DNA of 64,000 nt from positions 124,001-188,000 of the forward strand of contig CATNEN010000037.1 of the NCBI GenBank assembly GCA_950097015.1, read 5' to 3'. This DNA is from Macrostomum hystrix. Its lineage: Eukaryota > Animalia > Platyhelminthes. Numbering within the stretch: position 1 is the stretch's first letter; the number at the start of each line of letters is the position of its first letter. The notes beneath the pieces are model-generated. The model was not told the origin of the DNA, made no database searches, and saw nothing but the letters and a program-made list of their open reading frames with translations. The translations under genes and the position numbers were made by a program. Below are positions 57,487 to 64,000 of this stretch, one piece after another.

Positions 57487-58558
57487 ATGTCAGCTACTGC
57501 GGGAGAGAATGCAAATATGTTCGGCGTTTGGAAGGCCTACAAAAGCGAAAATATGGCCGCCTTGATGGAGAAAGCTGGTGAGAATGGGGGGCTTGGAAAT
57601 GCAGAGGCTGAGGGAAATATGAAGATAAATACCATGCAATCCCAACTAACTCACCTTAGTCAGGTGCCAGAATATAGTAGGAGTCAGTGAGCCAGTGACC
57701 CAGTGAGTCAGGGTCAGTGAGTCAGGGTCAGTGAGTCAGGGTCATTGAGTCAGGGTCAGTGACTCAGGGTCAGTGAGTCAGGGTCAGTGAGCCAGGGTCA
57801 GTGAGCCAGGGTAAGTAAGGTAAGTAAGTCAGGCAGTCAGGGTGAGTAACTCAGGCAGTCAGGGTCAGTGAGCCAGGGTAAGTAAGTCAGGCAGTCAGGG
57901 TCAGTAAGTCAGGCAGTCAGGGTCATTAAGTCAGACAGTCAGGGTCAGTAAGTCAGGCAGTCAGGGTCAGTGAGTCAGGGTCAGTGAGCCAGGCAGTCAG
58001 GGTCAGTGAGTCAGGCAGTCAGGGTCAGTGAGTCAGGGTCAGGCAGTCAGGGTCAGGCAGTCAGGGTCAGTGAGTCAGGCAGTCAGGGTCGGTGAGTCAC
58101 CTGGCATTCACTCCGCACTCGCAGGAGCTCCTTGGATAGCCCGAAAGATGGGCGCCAACGCAACGCCCACCGTGACAGTGACTCGCCTGGACGACAAGCG
58201 CATCAGCATCAACTCCAAGACCATGATGTTCAACACGGATCAGGTTCACGAGCTCAACGCCACAGTCGAAGGCGAGATGGCGATGATGGGCAAGAAACAG
58301 GCCTACTACACTGAGTGGACGGACGACGGCAAGCTGGTCATCTATCAAGGCGATGTTGGCACCGATTTGAAGAAGACCGGAATGAAGACTGTCCGAAGTC
58401 TGGAGCCGAACGGGGACATGCTGATTGTGAGGCTGTTGATATTGTCATTGGTTGTCAGTAAAACTGATTAGAGTGATTGTAACAACTGTCACCCCACATT
58501 TCAGACTGTCAGCCTTGAGAACGTTGTGGGCTACAGATGGTTTAAGAAGGAGGCTTGA
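57487..58558 (+). CDS. Fatty acid-binding protein paralogue 2, 148 aa; exons 57487-57577, 58125-58426, 58505-58558
   Basis: MFGVWKAYKSENMAALMEKAG|APWIARKMGANATPTVTV...GDMLI|TVSLENVVGYRWFKKEA; GT-AG introns of phase 1 and 0. Confidence 0.9.
57685..58098. repeat. Degenerate ~14-bp minisatellite (GTCAGTGAGTCAGG and variants), FABP2 intron 1
   Basis: Short-period tandem copies. Confidence 0.88.
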
Positions 58559-58849
58559 GTCTGTTCTCAGGTGACAACGCGAACACAAAAAGCGTAACAT
58601 TTGAAAACTGACAATTTAACACATTTTTATTAAATATATCGATTAACTCAAAGCAAACTTCATAAATTTTTTATTTAAAATAAATTCTTATATTTATAAA
58701 ACACACAAAAGACATGCAAAACTAAAGAAAATTATTGATTTTTCACACAGCTTTTTGTTGTTTTGCTTTATCATAATTTTACTCATTTGCCATAATTAAC
58801 ATTCCCGTGAGATCATTCTCTACTCTCACCGCATTCCGCATGAGATCGT

Positions 58850-61800
58850 TCTCTTCTCTCACACATTTCTCATTACATCGTTCTCTTCTCTCACACATTT
58901 CTCATGACATCGTTCTCTACTCTCACACATTTCTCATGACATCGTTCTCTTCTCTCACACATTTCTCATGACATCGTTCTCTTCTCTCACACATTTCTCA
59001 TGACATCGTTCTCTTCTCTCACACATTTCTCATGACATCGTTCTCTTCTCTCACACATTTCTCATGACATCGTTCTCTTCTCTCACACATTTCTCATGAC
59101 ATCGTTCTCTTCTCTCACACATTTCTCATGACATCGTTCTCTTCTCTCACACATTTCTCATGACATCGTTCTCTTCTCTCACACATTTCTCATGACATCG
59201 TTCTCTTCTCTCACACATTTCTCATGACATCGTTCTCTTCTCTAACCACATTTCTCATGACATCGTTCTCTTCTCTCACACATTTCTCATGACATCGTTC
59301 TCTTCTCTCACACATTTCTCATGACATCGTTCTCTACTCTCACACATTTCTCATGACATCGTTCTCTACTCTCACACATTTCTCATGACATCGTTCTCTA
59401 CTCTCACACATTTCTCATGACATCGTTCTCTTCTCTCACACATTTCTCATGACATCGTTCTCTTCTCTCACACATTTCTCATGACATCGTTCTCTTCTCT
59501 CACACATTTCTCATGACATCGTTCTCTTCTCTAACCACATTTCTCATGACATCGTTCTCTTCTCTCACACATTTCTCATGACATCGTTCTCTTCTCTCAC
59601 ACATTTCTCATGACATCGTTCTCTTCTCTCACACATTTCTCATGACATCGTTCTCTACTCTCACACATTTCTCATGACATCGTTCTCTACTCTCACACAT
59701 TTCTCATGACATCGTTCTCTACTCTCACACATTTCTCATGACATCGTTCTCTACTATCGCACATTTCTCATGACATCGTTCTCTACTCTCACACATTTCT
59801 CATGACATCGTTCTCTACTCTCAACACATTTCTCATGACATCGTTCTCTACTCTCACACATTTCTCATGACATCGTTCTCTTCTCTCACACATTTCTCAT
59901 GACATCGTTCTCTTCTCTCACACATTTCTCATGACATCGTTCTCTTCTCTAACCACATTTCTCATGACATCGTTCTCTTCTCTCACACATTTCTCATGAC
60001 ATCGTTCTCTTCTCTCACACATTTCTCATGACATCGTTCTCTACTCTCACACATTTCTCATGACATCGTTCTCTACTCTCACACATTTCTCATGACATCG
60101 TTCTCTACTCTCACACATTTCTCATGACATCGTTCTCTTCTCTCACACATTTCTCATGACATCGTTCTCTTCTCTCACACATTTCTCATGACATCGTTCT
60201 CTTCTCTCACACATTTCTCATGACATCGTTCTCTTCTCTAACCACATTTCTCATGACATCGTTCTCTTCTCTCACACATTTCTCATGACATCGTTCTCTT
60301 CTCTCACACATTTCTCATGACATCGTTCTCTTCTCTCACACATTTCTCATGACATCGTTCTCTACTCTCACACATTTCTCATGACATCGTTCTCTACTCT
60401 CACACATTTCTCATGACATCGTTCTCTACTCTCACACATTTCTCATGACATCGTTCTCTACTATCGCACATTTCTCATGACATCGTTCTCTACTCTCACA
60501 CATTTCTCATGACATCGTTCTCTACTCTCAACACATTTCTCATGACATCGTTCTCTACTCTCACACATTTCTCATGACATCGTTCTCTTCTCTCACACAT
60601 TTCTCATGACATCGTTCTCTTCTCTAACCACATTTCTCATGACATCGTTCTCTTCTCTCACACATTTCTCATGACATCGTTCTCTTCTCTCACACATTTC
60701 TCATGACATCGTTCTCTTCTCTCACACATTTCTCATGACATCGTTCTCTTCTCTCACACATTTCTCATGACATCGTTCTCTTCTCTCACACATTTCTCAT
60801 GACATCGTTCTCTTCTCTCACACATTTCTCATGACATCGTTCTCTTCTCTCACACATTTCTCATGACATCGTTCTCTTCTCTCACACATTTCTCATGACA
60901 TCGTTCTCTTCTCTAACCACATTTCTCATGACATCGTTCTCTTCTCTCACACATTTCTCATGACATCGTTCTCTTCTCTCACACATTTCTCATGAAATCG
61001 TTCTCTTCTCTCACACATTTCTCATGACATCGTTCTCTACTCTCACACATTTCTCATGACATCGTTCTCTTCTCTCACACATTTCTCATGACATCGTTCT
61101 CTTCTCTCACACATTTCTCATGACATCGTTCTCTTCTCTCACACATTTCTCATGACATCGTTCTCTTCTCTAACCACATTTCTCATGACATCGTTCTCTT
61201 CTCTCACACATTTCTCATGACATCGTTCTCTTCTCTCACACATTTCTCATGACATCGTTCTCTTCTCTCACACATTTCTCATGACATCGTTCTCTACTCT
61301 CACACATTTCTCATGACATCGTTCTCTACTCTCACACATTTCTCATGACATCGTTCTCTTCTCTCACACATTTCTCATGAAATCGTTCTCTACTATCGCA
61401 CATTTCTCATGACATCGTTCTCTACTCTCACACATTTCTCATGACATCGTTCTCTACTCTCACACATTTCTCATGACATCGTTCTCTTCTCTCACACATT
61501 TCTCATGACATCGTTCTCTACTATCGCACATTTCTCATGACATCGTTCTCTACTCTCACACATTTCTCATGACATCGTTCTCTACTCTCACACATTTCTC
61601 ATGACATCGTTCTCTACTCTCACACATTTCTCATGACATCGTTCTCTACTCTCACACATTTCTCATGACATCGTTCTCTTCTCTCACACATTTCTCATGA
61701 CATCGTTCTCTTCTCTCACACATTTCTCATGACATCGTTCTCTTCTCTCACACATTTCTCATGACATCGTTCTCTACTCTCACACATTTCTCATGACATC

Positions 61801-63095
61801 GTTCTCTTCTCTCACACATTTCTCATGACATCGTTCTCTTCTCTCACACATTTCTCATGACATCGTTCTCTTCTCTCACACATTTCTCATGACATCGTTC
61901 TCTTCTCTAACCACATTTCTCATGACATCGTTCTCTTCTCTCACACATTTCTCATGACATCGTTCTCTTCTCTCACACATTTCTCATGACATCGTTCTCT
62001 TCTCTCACACATTTCTCATGACATCGTTCTCTACTCTCACACATTTCTCATGACATCGTTCTCTACTCTCACACATTTCTCATGACATCGTTCTCTACTC
62101 TCACACATTTCTCATGACATCGTTCTCTACTATCGCACATTTCTCATGACATCGTTCTCTACTCTCACACATTTCTCATGACATCGTTCTCTACTCTCAA
62201 CACATTTCTCATGACATCGTTCTCTACTCTCACACATTTCTCATGACATCGTTCTCTTCTCTCACACATTTCTCATGACATCGTTCTCTTCTCTAACCAC
62301 ATTTCTCATGACATCGTTCTCTTCTCTCACACATTTCTCATGACATCGTTCTCTTCTCTCACACATTTCTCATGACATCGTTCTCTTCTCTCACACATTT
62401 CTCATGACATCGTTCTCTTCTCTCACACATTTCTCATGACATCGTTCTCTTCTCTCACACATTTCTCATGACATCGTTCTCTTCTCTCACACATTTCTCA
62501 TGACATCGTTCTCTTCTCTCACACATTTCTCATGACATCGTTCTCTTCTCTCACACATTTCTCATGACATCGTTCTCTTCTCTAACCACATTTCTCATGA
62601 CATCGTTCTCTTCTCTCACACATTTCTCATGACATCGTTCTCTTCTCTCACACATTTCTCATGAAATCGTTCTCTTCTCTCACACATTTCTCATGACATC
62701 GTTCTCTACTCTCACACATTTCTCATGACATCGTTCTCTACTCTCACACATTTCTCATGACATCGTTCTCTACTATCGCACATTTCTCATGACATCGTTC
62801 TCTACTCTCACACATTTCTCATGACATCGTTCTCTACTCTCAACACATTTCTCGTGACATCGTTCTCTACTCTCACACATTTCTCATGACATCGTTCTCT
62901 ACTCTCACACATTTCTCATGACATCGTTCTCTTCTCTCACACATTTCTCATGACATCGTTCTCTTCTCTCACACATTTCTCATGACATCGTTCTCTACTC
63001 TCACACATTTCTCATTACATTGTTCTGGTCTCTCACACATTTCTCATGACATCGTTCTCTACTCTCACACATTTCTCATGACATCGTTCTCTTCT
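58850..63095. repeat. 32-bp satellite (CACACATTTCTCATGACATCGTTCTCTTCTCT), ~130 copies, 4.2 kb
   Basis: Tandem copies with recurrent diagnostic variants. Confidence 0.98.
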
Positions 63096-63277
63096 TTCAC
63101 ACATTTATAGAATGAGATGGAATAGAAGGAGGATAGGCAGATGAAAGATAAACAGGGGAGATCACAGGAACAAAAGATTTAGGAAAAGCAAAAGAAGATT
63201 GACCAGGATCAATAGAATGCAATGGAAAAATTAGCTGGCATAAAAAGGTTAGAGTTTGGCACTTTAGAGGGAGACAG

Positions 63278-64000
63278 TCAAGCCTCTTTAATGTAAGGCA
63301 CACCATTTGAGTAGAGGATGCATAGGTTCTTCTCGCCATTAAGTTGTCGTTCCTTGAGCTCCCTGACAAGCCTGTTTTTGAAGGTCTTCTAGCTGCTCTG
63401 TTAGGTCATAGTCAATCCGGATTTTGGCAAACTGTTCCAGAGGTTCTGAATTTGTCTTTCTCTTCCTTGAAGCGGATTACTAGGGGCCGTGCCTTTCCAG
63501 AAGTCCTGTTCCCACTTCGGCTAGTGCTCTTGATAGACAGGTCAGAGGGTTGTAACTGTAGCCCCTCCTTGAGAAGCTTGTCCACTGAATAGTCATCAGA
63601 GTCGTTGTCTGGAAGGCCAAACACAATCAGGTTGTTGGCCTTCATGGTCCGCTGCCTCACCTCATTGGCTAGAAAATGAAAGTCGAGTTTCTTGGTTGGC
63701 TTACATGCGTTGGTGTCACTGCCATCACCAGAAGCTTCTAGACTTTCGATTCTGGCTTCGAGGAGTTCCATCCTACTCGTTAGCGCCTTGAAGCGCGCAG
63801 CTCCCTTTGAGAGGAAGGTCCTAGCCGCCTCCTTACAGTTTCGGCAAGACCAGAGCAAACAGTCTGCCGAATCGTCCACCAGAACATCAAAGGCCGCCTT
63901 GGAGAGTCCAGAGCAACTACGGTGGCACCAGCGGTCGCAAATGTCGCATTGGATACCTCCGTCAGCTACCGTGCTGTCGCAGGCTAGGCATTCGCAGCTG
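63278..64000 (-). mobile_element. Decayed non-LTR retrotransposon ORF1 (PHD finger + coiled coil + RRM-like; CR1/L2/Jockey type), runs off the window
   Basis: CLAC...CDICDRWCHRSC...WSCRNC (PHD), LEARIESLE, KANNLIVFGLPD, RPLVIRF. Two frameshifts then lead to FAKIRIDYDLT and RLVRELKERQLNGEKNL...TGA at 63278-63280. No ORF2 before the satellite. Confidence 0.85.

Overview
Eukaryotic (animal) genomic DNA. It has GC-rich exons, GT-AG introns packed with locus-private minisatellites (about 26 arrays, roughly 23 kb or a third of the window), tRNA-derived SINEs, and splice acceptors just upstream of many start codons. This style suggests a free-living flatworm such as Macrostomum; that is an inference, not something the sequence proves. 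Genes in order: 3' part of TRIP4/ASC-1 (+), RPB5/POLR2E (+), NAT16/HisAT-like GNAT (+), a stand-alone myristoylated alpha-kinase (-), a Bak/Bax-like Bcl-2 protein broken by a 1-nt frameshift (+), MCFD2 (+), RPL28 (-), an ALK1/2-type TGF-beta/BMP type I receptor (+), an uncharacterised spliced Cys-rich (CxxC-x4 module) gene (+), a divergent syntaxin (-), TONSL (-, 6 exons) and two tandem FABP paralogues (+). Mobile DNA: two SINE families (4 and 5 copies), an inverted pair of a third dispersed repeat around RPL28, a Crypton-like tyrosine recombinase remnant, and a decayed PHD-type LINE ORF1 at the right edge. Exon models were built by hand from splice sites and reading frame; family calls rest on remembered motifs, not database searches. 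The most notable items are the Cys-rich gene, the head-to-head alpha-kinase/Bcl-2 pair, the Asp-layer syntaxin, and arrays that arose directly from SINE sequence. There is no CRISPR array, rRNA or bona fide tRNA.
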